A stretch of DNA of 46,962 nucleotides from Verrucomicrobiota bacterium (GCA_003218705.1 QHOI01000157.1:1-46962), one strand, 5' to 3'; positions 27,064 through 37,404 are shown, counted from the first letter of the stretch. The notes: a model not told the origin generated them from the letters alone. Numbers and translations are program-made.

Positions 27064-28779
27064 ATGGTTACTTCACTTAAGCAACGAGGATACGTCGCCG
27101 CGGCGGTGGCCTTTCTGGGCGCGCTTTCCCTGTCACAAGCGCAGACAATTCCTGCCCCGGCGGGCTCAGCTCAGCCGCCCAACCCACCCAAGCCCGCTGA
27201 CCAGCCTCCGACGTTGTTGGTTCAAGCTCCGGCGCAGGCCGCTTCTCCAGCCGCCCCTAAGTCGACCACGGCGACAGCGTCTGCTCCCGTCTTGACTGAA
27301 GCCGATGCCGCAGTTGAAAGCGGCGGTGTTGGCGTACGCGAATTTCAAGGCGACGACGTCGGCCAGGTGCTCCGATTGCTCGCGCGCCAAGCTAAGGTCA
27401 ACATGGTTGTGAGTGATGCCGTTACCGGAACAGTAACGATGCGCTTGGAAGATGTAACCGCGCTTCAGGCGATCTCGATCATTGTCAAAGCCAAAGGGCT
27501 TTTCATGGATAAGATCGACACCGTCTATTACATCAAGACCGCGGCCGAGCGGACGGCTGAGCCCACTGAAACTGACAATTATCAATTCAGCTACGCGCGC
27601 GCGAAGGACGTTTCGCCGCTGCTTGCATCCCAACTGGCGAGCAAAGATCCACCGCAGATCGACGAGCGCACCAACACCATTTTCTTCCGCGAGACCCGCA
27701 GCAACATCGACAACATCAGGAAAATGCTGGTGCAGATCGATAAACCGACCAAGCAAGTGATGATCGAAGCGCGGTTGGTCGAAGTGACGGCAGATCCGGT
27801 GCAGGCCTACGGAATTAACTGGGCCGGAACGGTAGGGAGTTTTTCGGCCCCAAAGCAGGTTACTTACGGTGGCTTCAATGCTGTGACCCAGCCGAAGCCG
27901 GGCGAAAATATTCCAACGAATGGCTTGGCCCTCGGCGATCAATCGAACCACAACTTCTTCGGCGGCCTGGGACAGTTGTCCGGCGTAGCGAACAGCGCGT
28001 TCGCAATTTTATCGGTACCGCAATTTTCCGCGACGTTACAAGCGTTGAATGAGGATTCAGACGCCGAGTTCCTCGCCAATCCGCGGGTGGTGACGGCCGA
28101 TAATCAACAGGCAAAGATTGAGATCCTTCGCAATCAGCCAGTGCCTCAGTTGAACTTCAACGAACAAACGGCAACCGCCGTGTTCGGCGGTTTTCAAGAC
28201 AAAGTGTTCGGGAACACTCTGGTGGTCCGGCCATCAATCAACAAAGACAATTTCATCACCCTGTCGGTAAAGCCCGAAATCAGTAACAAGGTAACGGATT
28301 TTGATTTCACGTTTAATGGCGCAGTCGTCAAGAGCCCGATTATCGACAAGCGCTCGCTCGATTCCAGCGTTCTGATACGGAGCGGCGACACTCTCGCGAT
28401 CGGCGGGTTGATTTCCGATCAAGTGAGCAAATCGAAAACGAAGGTGCCGCTACTGGGAGACATTCCAGTGCTGGGCTACGCGTTTCAAAGTCACGCCAAT
28501 GAACGCCACAAGCGCAATTTGCTGATCTTTGTCACGCCAACGATCATCGACCAGCGCTATGGGACTGGCTTGGAAGACCAGGTTTCCGGGCTTCATCACG
28601 CCGGCGAGGAATATGCGGATCCGAACGGATGGCGGAATAACGCCAAGGGCGCGGTGCGCTTAGTCCCAACGTCGCATCGTCAGCTCGCGGCCGATTACGC
28701 CAAGCCGGGGTCGCCTCCAGCGGTTGAGGAAGCTGCCCAAGTCCAGTTTAAGAGCGACGTAAAAGATCGCGACGAATAA
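27064..28779 (+). CDS. Secretin family outer-membrane channel (GspD/PilQ-like)
   Basis: 571 aa with a signal peptide, a P/A-rich linker and N-domains (VLRLLARQAKVNMVVSDAV...). C-terminal secretin motifs are present (NPRVVTADNQQAKIE, LIRSGDTLAIGGL, VPLLGDIPVLGYAF, LLIFVTPTII). Confidence 0.88.
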   Translation: MVTSLKQRGYVAAAVAFLGALSLSQAQTIPAPAGSAQPPNPPKPADQPPTLLVQAPAQAASPAAPKSTTATASAPVLTEADAAVESGGVGVREFQGDDVGQVLRLLARQAKVNMVVSDAVTGTVTMRLEDVTALQAISIIVKAKGLFMDKIDTVYYIKTAAERTAEPTETDNYQFSYARAKDVSPLLASQLASKDPPQIDERTNTIFFRETRSNIDNIRKMLVQIDKPTKQVMIEARLVEVTADPVQAYGINWAGTVGSFSAPKQVTYGGFNAVTQPKPGENIPTNGLALGDQSNHNFFGGLGQLSGVANSAFAILSVPQFSATLQALNEDSDAEFLANPRVVTADNQQAKIEILRNQPVPQLNFNEQTATAVFGGFQDKVFGNTLVVRPSINKDNFITLSVKPEISNKVTDFDFTFNGAVVKSPIIDKRSLDSSVLIRSGDTLAIGGLISDQVSKSKTKVPLLGDIPVLGYAFQSHANERHKRNLLIFVTPTIIDQRYGTGLEDQVSGLHHAGEEYADPNGWRNNAKGAVRLVPTSHRQLAADYAKPGSPPAVEEAAQVQFKSDVKDRDE

Positions 28780-28798
28780 ATTTCGGAATGTGGGGTTG

Positions 28799-28836
28799 AG
28801 AGGGGGCGGGCGCCCGCGAGGGTCCCGCCCTCTTTG
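28799..28836. terminator. GC-rich hairpin between the convergent secretin and sigma genes
   Basis: Stem gggcggg (28804-28810) / cccgccc (28824-28830), followed by tcttt on the + strand. It lies in a 61-nt convergent gap. Confidence 0.55.
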
Positions 28837-28840
28837 GGTC

Positions 28841-29440
28841 TTATCGCCCTAGGTAATCCTTTAAACGCGCGCGCAATTCCGTTCGCGCGCGAAAGAGCAG
28901 ACTCTTTACTGCCGGCACGGACAGATCGAGAACGTCCGCAATTTCTTCATAGCTCAACTCTTCGTATCGTCGTAGCACGATCGCCATGCGCTGCGTTTCC
29001 GGAAGGAGCGTGATGGCTTTTTCAATCGCGGCCTGTAATTCGGCTTGAAGCAGCGTTGCGTCGGGGGTGGCCGTTGCCTCGTCCTTTAACGGTATCTCGT
29101 CCGCTTCTGGTTCGATTTGCACCGGCAGATGCGGATGACGCTTGGCCCGGCGCATTTCGTTAAACACTAGATTGCGCGTGATCTTCAGCAGCCAAGTGGT
29201 GAACTTCGCGCGCGCGACGTACCGCCCGGCGCTTTTCCAGACACGGATGAAGACCTGCTGGGCGATGTCTTCCACGTCCGAATTGCTACCGAGCATGCGG
29301 GCGACGGTGCCGGCAACTAGGGCCTGGTGGCGCTCGATCAGTTGTTCAAGCGCGGTAGCATCCCCGCCTGAAACCAATCGCATCAGGCGGACGTCCTCGG
29401 CGTCATCCTCGGATCGCGCCGCTACTTCGGGATCGGCCAT
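28841..29440 (-). CDS. ECF-type RNA polymerase sigma factor (sigma-70 family group 4)
   Basis: Region 2 (DIAQQVFIRVW...FTTWLLKITRN) and region 4 (LSYEEIADVLDLSVPAVKSLLFRAR). 199 aa with an acidic N-terminal extension. Confidence 0.9.
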   Translation of the reverse strand: MADPEVAARSEDDAEDVRLMRLVSGGDATALEQLIERHQALVAGTVARMLGSNSDVEDIAQQVFIRVWKSAGRYVARAKFTTWLLKITRNLVFNEMRRAKRHPHLPVQIEPEADEIPLKDEATATPDATLLQAELQAAIEKAITLLPETQRMAIVLRRYEELSYEEIADVLDLSVPAVKSLLFRARTELRARLKDYLGR

Positions 29441-29595
29441 TGATAAACAGACGGTGGTTGATGGGCGCGGATTCGAAGGTTATTGCGTTAGGCCGCCGGC
29501 ACGCCGGTTCTACCGCACCGGCCACAGTGCTTTTTGTTGCAACTCGTGAGTCGTCTGTGCATGGTAGGCTATAGATTTTCAGCGTCGGGCTCCGG

Positions 29596-30735
29596 ATGAA
29601 TTACACACTTATTCCAAAGGAACTTAGACCGATCGCTGAGAAAATCGAGGCGGCCTCGCGTATTTCGGAAAGCGACGCTCTCATATTGTATCGCTCAAAC
29701 GATCTTAACGCGCTCGGAATGTTGGCCAATGTCGTGCGCGAGCGAAAGAACGGAAATTTCGCCACTTACATCCACAATCGTTATATCAACTACTCGAACA
29801 TCTGCGTCTTATCGTGTCAATTTTGCGCGTTTGCCGCCAAAAAACGGGACGCTCATGCCTTCGAGCATGCCGTCAGCGAAATTATTCAGGCGGTGGCGGA
29901 AGCGCTGCCGCTCGGAATTACCGAAGTGCACATGGTCGGCGGTTTGCATCCGACCTTGAAAAAGGAGTGGTATCTCGATCTGTTGCGCGGATTGCGCGCT
30001 CTCGATCCTGATTTGCACATCAAAGCCTTTACGGCGATCGAAGTTCGCCATCTCGCCCAGCGAATCTTCAAGATGTCGATCCCCGAGACGCTCGAGCTGC
30101 TTCGCGAAACCGGATTAGGATCCATCACTGGCGGTGGCGCCGAAATCTTTGATGCGGAAGTGCGAGACCGCATTTGCCGCGGCAAAGAAACGGCCGAGGA
30201 ATGGCTCGATGTTCATCGGATCTGGCATCGGATGGGCGGCCGCAGCACTTGCACCATGCTATACGGTCACATTGAAACGCTCGAACAGCGCGTCGATCAT
30301 TTGCGACAACTACGCGGGCTTCAGGATGAAACCGCCGGCTTCAGCGGTTTTGTTCCGTTTGCCTTCGAGCCGCAAACCACAGTGCTTGCTCATATCAAAC
30401 GCGCCTCCGCCATTGAGCAACTTCGCAATCTGGCCGTCAGCCGGATTTATCTCGATAACATCGACCATCTGACTGCTTATTGGGTAAGCTTGGGTCTGCC
30501 GCTGGCGCAGGTGTCGCTCAGTTACGGGGTAGACGATTTGCACGGGACGATCATGGAAGAAAAGATTTTCCATATGGCCGGCGCGACCACGCCGCAGCAG
30601 CAAAGCATCGCTGCACTGGAGCACGCCATTCGCGAGGCTCGACGAATTCCGGTCCAGCGCGACAGTTATTACCGGCATCTCAAAAGATCGACGTCGAGCC
30701 GACCGCGCTCTGAAGCGGAGCTCGCCTGCGCCTAA
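29596..30735 (+). CDS. Radical-SAM menaquinone (futalosine pathway) enzyme, MqnE/MqnC family
   Basis: CxxxCxxC cluster motif (CVLSCQFCAF) and a conserved ...VHMVGGLHP...IKAFTAIE...MLYGHIET... pattern. It sits immediately upstream of mqnA. MqnE (aminofutalosine synthase) is favoured by this adjacency but cannot be distinguished from MqnC by eye. Confidence 0.75.
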   Translation: MNYTLIPKELRPIAEKIEAASRISESDALILYRSNDLNALGMLANVVRERKNGNFATYIHNRYINYSNICVLSCQFCAFAAKKRDAHAFEHAVSEIIQAVAEALPLGITEVHMVGGLHPTLKKEWYLDLLRGLRALDPDLHIKAFTAIEVRHLAQRIFKMSIPETLELLRETGLGSITGGGAEIFDAEVRDRICRGKETAEEWLDVHRIWHRMGGRSTCTMLYGHIETLEQRVDHLRQLRGLQDETAGFSGFVPFAFEPQTTVLAHIKRASAIEQLRNLAVSRIYLDNIDHLTAYWVSLGLPLAQVSLSYGVDDLHGTIMEEKIFHMAGATTPQQQSIAALEHAIREARRIPVQRDSYYRHLKRSTSSRPRSEAELACA

Positions 30736-30738
30736 AGA

Positions 30739-31512
30739 GTGCAGGATCGACAACCGCTAAGAATTGGCTGCGTTAAATATCTCAACGCGCGTCCGCTCAT
30801 TCTCGGCGGCCCAGCCGATGTTGTGCTCGATCATCCATCGGTTCTTTGTGCGCAGCTTGCCCGCGGCGAGCTCGACGTCGCGCTCGTTTCTAGCTTCGAG
30901 TTTCTCCGGAACCCGATTTACCGGATCGTAGATGGCATTTCTATTTCATCGGACGGCCCGGTTTATAGCGTTGTGGTGGCGCACGTCGGCGAGATCTCCG
31001 CGGCAGAACAGATCGAGCTCGACCCGGCTGCGGAAACGTCCGGCAATTTGCTGCGCTGTTTGCTCAGCGAGTTGAAGCTGAGGCCGCAGTTCGTCGCAAC
31101 ATCGACATCTTCTCTTGCGAAAGTTAGGGCGCGCTTGCTCATCGGGGATCAAGCCGTTCGGTTCCGGCAACAGCATGGAAACGAATTCCAGTTTTGGGAC
31201 CTCGGCGAAAATTGGCAAAAACTTGTCGGCCTCCCATTCGTTTATGCGCTCTGGCTCTTGCGTCCGGAAGTGGTCGATCCGAAATCAGTTGCGGATCGGC
31301 TGCGCGCGCTGCGCAACAAAAATCTTGCCGACATCGACAATCTGATTGCCGCCGAGAAGGAATTCGACCGCGGTTTTTGCGGCCGCTATTACCGGGAGCA
31401 TCTCCGATTCAGTTTTGGAGAACGCGAGAAGAAAGGCCTGCGCGCGTTCCAAGAGTTATGCCAAAAACACGATCTGCTGCCAAAACGTGACATCGCGTTC
31501 AGCGTCGTATAA
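30739..31512 (+). CDS. mqnA: Chorismate dehydratase (futalosine pathway MqnA)
   Basis: GTG start. LRIGCVKYLNARPL... N-terminus and periplasmic-binding-protein-like fold pattern typical of MqnA (VitK2_biosynth family). Confidence 0.75.
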   Translation: MQDRQPLRIGCVKYLNARPLILGGPADVVLDHPSVLCAQLARGELDVALVSSFEFLRNPIYRIVDGISISSDGPVYSVVVAHVGEISAAEQIELDPAAETSGNLLRCLLSELKLRPQFVATSTSSLAKVRARLLIGDQAVRFRQQHGNEFQFWDLGENWQKLVGLPFVYALWLLRPEVVDPKSVADRLRALRNKNLADIDNLIAAEKEFDRGFCGRYYREHLRFSFGEREKKGLRAFQELCQKHDLLPKRDIAFSVV

Positions 31513-31525
31513 ATGCGCCGACGCG

Positions 31526-31930
31526 CTAAGGTCTTGTTTGTTTCGGCGCGTTCATATTCGGCCCGGTGGCGCCACCGGGCGGCGTCCATTGTCCGACGAT
31601 ATCCGCGCCGAAAATCCAATCATCTTGAAGGGTTCCGTTCACAGAGATGGTTTTTTCGTAGTACTTTCTCAGATTAATTTGCTGTTGCGCAAACTCGGTT
31701 TCTCTGCGAGCGCGCGTGAGACGCAAGAGCGTGTCAGGATCTTTCAGGAGACTTAAGCGGTATGCACCATCAACCAAGACAACTTTACCAGTGAACACCT
31801 CCGTCTTGCGTTCGAGCTTGGCCGATTGTTCTTGTGGCGGTCCGCTTGGCTGCTCCAACATTTTTTTGCCAAGCGCGCATCCGGACAAGGCAAACAGACT
31901 CGCGGACAACATGATTGCGATCGATTTCAC
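31526..31930 (-). CDS. Hypothetical lipoprotein
   Basis: The GTG at 31930 gives (M)KSIAIMLSASLFALSGC with an LSGC lipobox. The longer ORF-track start at 32032 would overlap recJ. No family recognised. Confidence 0.55.
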   Translation of the reverse strand: MKSIAIMLSASLFALSGCALGKKMLEQPSGPPQEQSAKLERKTEVFTGKVVLVDGAYRLSLLKDPDTLLRLTRARRETEFAQQQINLRKYYEKTISVNGTLQDDWIFGADIVGQWTPPGGATGPNMNAPKQTRP

Positions 31931-32025
31931 AGATCTCTGTCTATTTAGCGCTTTGGCGAGAGTCAACTGATTATGAGTAAATGCTCTCCGAGTTGTCAGG
32001 GAATGTCCGGCAGATAAAATAATCG

Positions 32026-33726
32026 GTGCCAAGTCGATGGATCCTGCTGCCGCCTGAGGAACTCAATGGCGGTCCAATTTCGTGGAGCGAAATCTGTGGC
32101 TGCGCATGCATTGCCCGATTGCTAATGCGAAAAGGTTTCGGCACGGCCGATGAGGTCCAGGCGTTCCTGCAGCCGCGGCTGAAATCGTTGAGCGATCCAT
32201 TTTTACTGCCGAACATGAAAGCGGCGGTGACGCGGATTCTCGTGGCCTTGGATCGACGTGAACGAATTGTCCTTTTTGGCGATTACGACGTCGATGGAGT
32301 CACGTCCCTCGCCCTACTCGCCGAAACGCTGCGCGCTTACGGTGCCATTCCGGATTTGTTTTTGCCGTCGCGGATGGAAGAAGGCTACGGGCTGAGTCAT
32401 GACAGCGTTCAGCGCTCTATCCAGCAATTTCACCCGCAGCTTCTCATCGCGCTCGACTGTGGGACATCTTCGGGCGCGGAGATTTTCGATCTTCGGAAAC
32501 GCGGCGTTGAAGTAATCGTGCTGGATCATCATGAGCCCAAATCGGCGGCTCCAGAATGCGTTGCGGTCGTAAATCCAAAAGTCGATCCTGGATCGCCTTT
32601 TCACTATTTGTGCAGCGTCGGAATTGTCTTCAAACTTTGCCACGCGCTTTTGAAAACGCGGCCGATCGATTTTGATCTCAAATCAAAACTGGATCTGGTC
32701 GCGCTCGGGACCGTTGCCGACATTGTGCCACTTCTCGGCGAGAACCGGACGCTTGTTCAGCGCGGCGCGATCGAAATTGCGAGATCGACCCGGCCGGGCT
32801 TAAAAAAGTTGATTGAAGTCAGCGGCGTGAAGCCGCCAATTTTTACCGAGGACATCGGTTATCGGCTTGGACCGCGTTTGAACGCAGCCGGACGTCTGAG
32901 CACCGCCGAAAAATCACTGCGCCTTTTGCTGACGCAAGATGGGGCCGAAGCAACTGAGCTGGCCGAATTTTTGGACAAACAAAATCGCGAGCGGCAGGAA
33001 GTTGAGAAACGAATTTTTGCGGCCGCGGAAGAGAAAATCGCGAAAGAATTCGATCCGTCACGCGATGCGGCGATTGTGGTGTTCGAGCGTGACTGGCATC
33101 CCGGTGTTCTCGGAATCGTGGCCTCTCGCATAGTGCACAAGTACCATCGGCCCGCGATTGTGATCGGTCTTGATGAGAATGGCGTCGGGAAAGGGAGCGG
33201 CCGCAGCATTGAAGGTCTCAATCTGGTGCAGACATTGACGCGATGCGCGGACAGGATCGACAAGTACGGCGGACACGAAATGGCCGCGGGGCTTACGGTT
33301 CAGGAAAAGAATCTCGATCTTTTCGCGAAACAATTCCGTCAGGTTGCGCGTGACCTTTTGTCCGATGAGGATTTGCAGCCGCGGTTGCGGCTCGATCATG
33401 AGATCAGTTTCGCGGAGTTGAACTTCGATTTTCTGGGGTGGCACGAAATGTTGCAGCCTTTTGGCAACGGCAACCCACAGCCCCTTTTTCTTGCCCGCGG
33501 CGTCGAGTCGGTCGCCGTGCCCCGCATTGTGGGCGAAAAACATTTACAGTTGCGTCTGCGGCAACACAATTATCATCAACGAGCAATCTTCTTCGGCGCA
33601 GCAGCCGATGCGCTTCCGAAGCAGCCGTGGGACATTGCCTTTCGGATTCGAGCGGACGAATACGAAGGCGAGACGCGCTTGGAGATGCGAGTGGAAGCGG
33701 TGCGTGAGGCCGCGCCGACGACTTAA
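32026..33726 (+). CDS. recJ: Single-stranded-DNA-specific exonuclease RecJ
   Basis: DHH-family motifs (GDYDVDGVTS, ALDCG, VLDHH) and the DHHA1 GGH motif (YGGHEMAAG). 566 aa. Confidence 0.92.
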   Translation: MPSRWILLPPEELNGGPISWSEICGCACIARLLMRKGFGTADEVQAFLQPRLKSLSDPFLLPNMKAAVTRILVALDRRERIVLFGDYDVDGVTSLALLAETLRAYGAIPDLFLPSRMEEGYGLSHDSVQRSIQQFHPQLLIALDCGTSSGAEIFDLRKRGVEVIVLDHHEPKSAAPECVAVVNPKVDPGSPFHYLCSVGIVFKLCHALLKTRPIDFDLKSKLDLVALGTVADIVPLLGENRTLVQRGAIEIARSTRPGLKKLIEVSGVKPPIFTEDIGYRLGPRLNAAGRLSTAEKSLRLLLTQDGAEATELAEFLDKQNRERQEVEKRIFAAAEEKIAKEFDPSRDAAIVVFERDWHPGVLGIVASRIVHKYHRPAIVIGLDENGVGKGSGRSIEGLNLVQTLTRCADRIDKYGGHEMAAGLTVQEKNLDLFAKQFRQVARDLLSDEDLQPRLRLDHEISFAELNFDFLGWHEMLQPFGNGNPQPLFLARGVESVAVPRIVGEKHLQLRLRQHNYHQRAIFFGAAADALPKQPWDIAFRIRADEYEGETRLEMRVEAVREAAPTT

Positions 33727-35783
33727 TGGAAATCGCCCAGCCGCTCGAGGAACTCGATTGGATCCCGCGTCCGAAAATTCTGGCGCTCCGAAGACTCGGG
33801 GTCACGACCGCGGAAGATTTGCTAACTCATTTCCCGCGACGACACGAAGATCGACATCAGTTTCCGGAATTCCCGCGCGATGGGAGCGACGTGCCGGTCT
33901 GTTTGTCTGGAGAAGTGATCAAAACGTCGCTCCGGCGTTTCGGAGGTTGGAAAAAGATCTTTGAGGCGACATTACAGGAACCGAACGCGAACGCGCTCAG
34001 TCAGCCGCTCATCTGCCGGTGGTTTAATTTGCACTACGTCCAGAAAATGATCGCCACTGGACAACAACTCGTCATCTTCGGCAAGCCGCGGCTCCGGGGA
34101 AACCGAATTTGCATGGATCATCCTGAATTTGAGGTGATTGAGAACGACGAGGAGAAGTCGATCCATCTTCGCCGGATTACGCCGATCTATCCTGCCACCG
34201 AAGGTCTTTCGCAGCGGATGCTGCGCAGCATCATTTATCGACTTCTCCAGGACCTCGACACGGCACCGATTGAACCGTTGCTGCCGGAGGACCTGAAGGA
34301 CGGCGACCGCGCCGAAGCGATTCGGGCGATTCATTTCCCCGAGTCTTGGGAATCGCTCACTGCGGCACGTGAGCATTTGGTTCTATCCGAATTCTTCGCC
34401 ATGCAAATGCTGATCGCGTCCCGGCGAGCCGACTCGCATGCGCGGGTGAGCGCCGCGCATTGCGGGCGAGGGGACCTCCTCGAGAAATTCCTGGGCACGC
34501 TTCCGTTTGAAATGACAACTGCCCAGAAAAAAGTCATCGCTGAGCTCGAGCAGGACCTGGCCGCGAAGCATCCGATGAATCGGCTTTTGCAGGGCGATGT
34601 GGGCTCGGGAAAGACGGTGGTCGCGATCGCAGCGATTCTGCTCGCGGTTGAGGCCGGTTATCAGGCGGCGTTCATGGCGCCGACGCAGATTTTGGCTGAA
34701 CAGCATTACACTGTTTTAAGGCGCTGGCTCGAACCGCTCGGCGTCAAGTTGTCGATCCGGACTGCGGCTCGCCGGGAAGAAAATTTTTTGCCATTGCTTG
34801 AAGGCAACGAAAAGGCAGACGTGATCATTGGGACGCACGCGTTGCTCTACGAGAAGGTTTCATTTGCGAACCTCGGATTGGTGGTGATCGACGAACAGCA
34901 CAAGTTCGGTGTGGCGCAGCGTGCGCGCCTGACGAGCCGCGAACCCGCGCCGGACGTGCTGGTGATGACAGCCACGCCCATTCCGCGCACGATCACCATG
35001 ACCGTGTACGGCGATCTCGATGTTTCGATCTTGGACGAGATGCCGCGTGGTCGCGGCAAAATCATCACCGCCGTGCGCGATTCCTCAAAACTCGGCGAAG
35101 TGCTAAGTTTCCTGCGCAAGCAATTGGAAGCCGGGCGGCAGCTCTATGTTGTTTATCCGCTAATTGAAGAGAGTGAGAAACTCGAGGCAAAAGCGGCTGC
35201 GACGGAGTACGACCGCTGGCGCGAGCGTTTGCATCCGTACTTTTGCGAATTGTTGCACGGACGAATTCCTGGCCCGGAAAAGCAGGAAATCATGGAGCGA
35301 TTTCGCCGCGGCGAAACGACGGTTCTGATCAGCACAACGGTGATTGAGGTCGGTGTCGATGTTCCAAATGCGACTGTGATGTTGGTCGAAAATGCGGAGC
35401 GATTTGGTTTGGCCCAACTCCATCAACTCCGAGGTCGCATCGGCCGCGGCGAGCACAAATCGTATTGCATTTTGCTCACCTCCGAACCGTCGTCAGAAGC
35501 GGCCGCCAAATTGGCCGTGCTCGAGAAGACAAGCGACGGTTTTGAGGTGGCCGAAGCGGACTGGGAACTGCGCGGCCCGGGTGATTTGCTGGGCACGGCC
35601 CAGAGCGGTCTGCCGGCCTTGAAAATTGGCAATCTGCGCCGAGACGCGGAATTGATGCGTCGCGCTCGGAGGGCAGCGATGTCGATCTTCGTGGCCGATC
35701 CCAAGTTGGAGTCGGCGCAGAATCAACGTTTCCAGCAGTTGATTGTCGAAAAACAGGGACGAACCTTTTCGAACGTTAGCTAA
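33726..35783 (+). CDS. recG: ATP-dependent DNA helicase RecG
   Basis: N-terminal wedge region (HFPRRHEDR), Walker A GDVGSGKT, DEQH box (VVIDEQHKFG), and helicase C motifs (QLRGRIGRG). TAATG overlap with recJ. Confidence 0.93.
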   Translation: MEIAQPLEELDWIPRPKILALRRLGVTTAEDLLTHFPRRHEDRHQFPEFPRDGSDVPVCLSGEVIKTSLRRFGGWKKIFEATLQEPNANALSQPLICRWFNLHYVQKMIATGQQLVIFGKPRLRGNRICMDHPEFEVIENDEEKSIHLRRITPIYPATEGLSQRMLRSIIYRLLQDLDTAPIEPLLPEDLKDGDRAEAIRAIHFPESWESLTAAREHLVLSEFFAMQMLIASRRADSHARVSAAHCGRGDLLEKFLGTLPFEMTTAQKKVIAELEQDLAAKHPMNRLLQGDVGSGKTVVAIAAILLAVEAGYQAAFMAPTQILAEQHYTVLRRWLEPLGVKLSIRTAARREENFLPLLEGNEKADVIIGTHALLYEKVSFANLGLVVIDEQHKFGVAQRARLTSREPAPDVLVMTATPIPRTITMTVYGDLDVSILDEMPRGRGKIITAVRDSSKLGEVLSFLRKQLEAGRQLYVVYPLIEESEKLEAKAAATEYDRWRERLHPYFCELLHGRIPGPEKQEIMERFRRGETTVLISTTVIEVGVDVPNATVMLVENAERFGLAQLHQLRGRIGRGEHKSYCILLTSEPSSEAAAKLAVLEKTSDGFEVAEADWELRGPGDLLGTAQSGLPALKIGNLRRDAELMRRARRAAMSIFVADPKLESAQNQRFQQLIVEKQGRTFSNVS

Positions 35784-37295
35784 ATGAAGAATCTCCTGAA
35801 ATTTTTTGCCTTTGTCGCGTTGCTCAGCCTGGCGATTTCGGCGCTGTACGACTACCGCTTGAAGCATGGCGGTTTGAGTACCCTACAACGCACCACTCCG
35901 GAAAAATACACCCTCGCGTCCTCGCCGAATGTCGATCCGAAGCAGGTCGCTTCGCTGGAAGCGTTGAATCGTGAGCGCCGCGCGCTGGTCAGCGCTGTTG
36001 TGCCGTCGGTGGTGGCCGTGAAGACGACCAAGAAGATCGCGATTGAGCGTCAGAATCAGCTCGATCCGTTTGGTTTTTTCTTTCGGCGACCGCGCGGATT
36101 TCAAAATCCAAATGACGAGGCCTTAGTCCAGAATTCATTGGGTTCGGGCGTGATTGTTACGAATGAAGGTCACATCATTACCAACAATCACGTGGTCGAT
36201 CAGGTGGACGAGATCGAAGTGCAGTTGAGCGATGGGCGCACCGAAAAAGCGCGCCTAATTGGGGCCGATGATCAAGTCGATCTCGCGGTCCTAAAAATTG
36301 ACAACTCAGGAGTGAAGCCCCTCAAGCTCGCCGATTCCGATACCGTCCAGGCGGGCGATTTTGTTCTTGCGATCGGCAATCCATTCGGCTTCGACGAAAC
36401 GGTCACGGACGGAATTGTCAGTTCCAAAGGGCGGCCGAATCGCGCCGATGTGTTCGGCGACTTAATCCAGACAAATGCCGCTATTAATCCGGGCAATAGC
36501 GGCGGTCCGCTTATCAACCTGCGTGGGGAAGTGGTGGGCATTAATACCGCGATCATTTCGCGTAGCGGCGGCTCCCAGGGGATCGGTTTCGCCATTCCGT
36601 CCAACACCGTCCGCACCGCGCTCGAGAGTTTGTTGAAGAAAGGCCGGATTATTCGTGGCTACCTCGGAATCCAGATGCGCGTTCCGCAAACGGGGCAGCC
36701 GGCGCCATCGCCAGGCGAACCGGTCGTGGTGGATGAAATCGTGCCCGGATCACCAGCCGAAGAGGCGCACCTGGAAAAAGGCGACGTGATCAAAAAATTT
36801 GACGGTCACGAAGTGAAAAGCTTTACCGATTTACGTAACCTGGTTTCGCAAGCCGACTTGAATAAAAAAGTTGAACTGGAAATTGTGCGCGCGGGAAAAA
36901 CGATTGCCGTGGCAACGCAAATTAAGGAGCAGCCGGTAGGATATGAAACTGGTCGCGTGGTACCGCAACAACCGCCGGCAAAGCCGACACCGGGCGAAGA
37001 GAATAAAGGCGGCAATGGGCTCGCCGGAATCCACGTCGGTTCGCTAACTCCCGAGCTCGCGCGCCAACTGGCCCTGCCGAACGGCGTTCATGGGGTTGTG
37101 GTAACCGCGGTTGATCCGGACGCCGGTGTTGCCGATCTCCAAAAAGGCGACGTGATTGAGGAAGTGAATCAGCAACCGATTAATTCCGTGGCCGATTATA
37201 ATAAAATCGTCCAGTCCGTCGATCCGGGGCAGGCACAGGTCCTGTCGGTTTGCCGGCATCGGGTGAGATCGTTTCTTGTTTTGCGCCCGCGCTGA
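35784..37295 (+). CDS. htrA: HtrA/DegP-family periplasmic serine protease with two PDZ domains
   Basis: N-terminal TM/signal segment, catalytic triad contexts (TNNHVV, DLAVLKI, GNSGGPL) and two PDZ-like segments. The ATG directly abuts the recG TAA. Confidence 0.9.
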   Translation: MKNLLKFFAFVALLSLAISALYDYRLKHGGLSTLQRTTPEKYTLASSPNVDPKQVASLEALNRERRALVSAVVPSVVAVKTTKKIAIERQNQLDPFGFFFRRPRGFQNPNDEALVQNSLGSGVIVTNEGHIITNNHVVDQVDEIEVQLSDGRTEKARLIGADDQVDLAVLKIDNSGVKPLKLADSDTVQAGDFVLAIGNPFGFDETVTDGIVSSKGRPNRADVFGDLIQTNAAINPGNSGGPLINLRGEVVGINTAIISRSGGSQGIGFAIPSNTVRTALESLLKKGRIIRGYLGIQMRVPQTGQPAPSPGEPVVVDEIVPGSPAEEAHLEKGDVIKKFDGHEVKSFTDLRNLVSQADLNKKVELEIVRAGKTIAVATQIKEQPVGYETGRVVPQQPPAKPTPGEENKGGNGLAGIHVGSLTPELARQLALPNGVHGVVVTAVDPDAGVADLQKGDVIEEVNQQPINSVADYNKIVQSVDPGQAQVLSVCRHRVRSFLVLRPR

Positions 37296-37404
37296 TCGCG
37301 GCAGCTGCGATATCTTAGTGGGGTCGTGGTGTTTGCGAAGCGGGAAACCGGTGAATAAACTTCTCCCCGCGAAAGTCCAACGCTCCAAAACCATTAACCA
37401 GATT

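Noticed and set aside
27166-27951. 261-aa minus-strand ORF antisense to the secretin gene
   Set aside because: The same reasoning applies. The + frame has a signal peptide, N-domains and a secretin domain continuous across this region.
29441-29595. ECF-type (GGAAC-N16-CGTC-like) autoregulatory promoter upstream of the sigma gene, and a sigma70 promoter for the mqn operon
   Set aside because: Only weak partial matches were found (for example GAACC...AACGC on the minus strand and TTGCAA with no good -10 on the plus strand). This is not enough to call.
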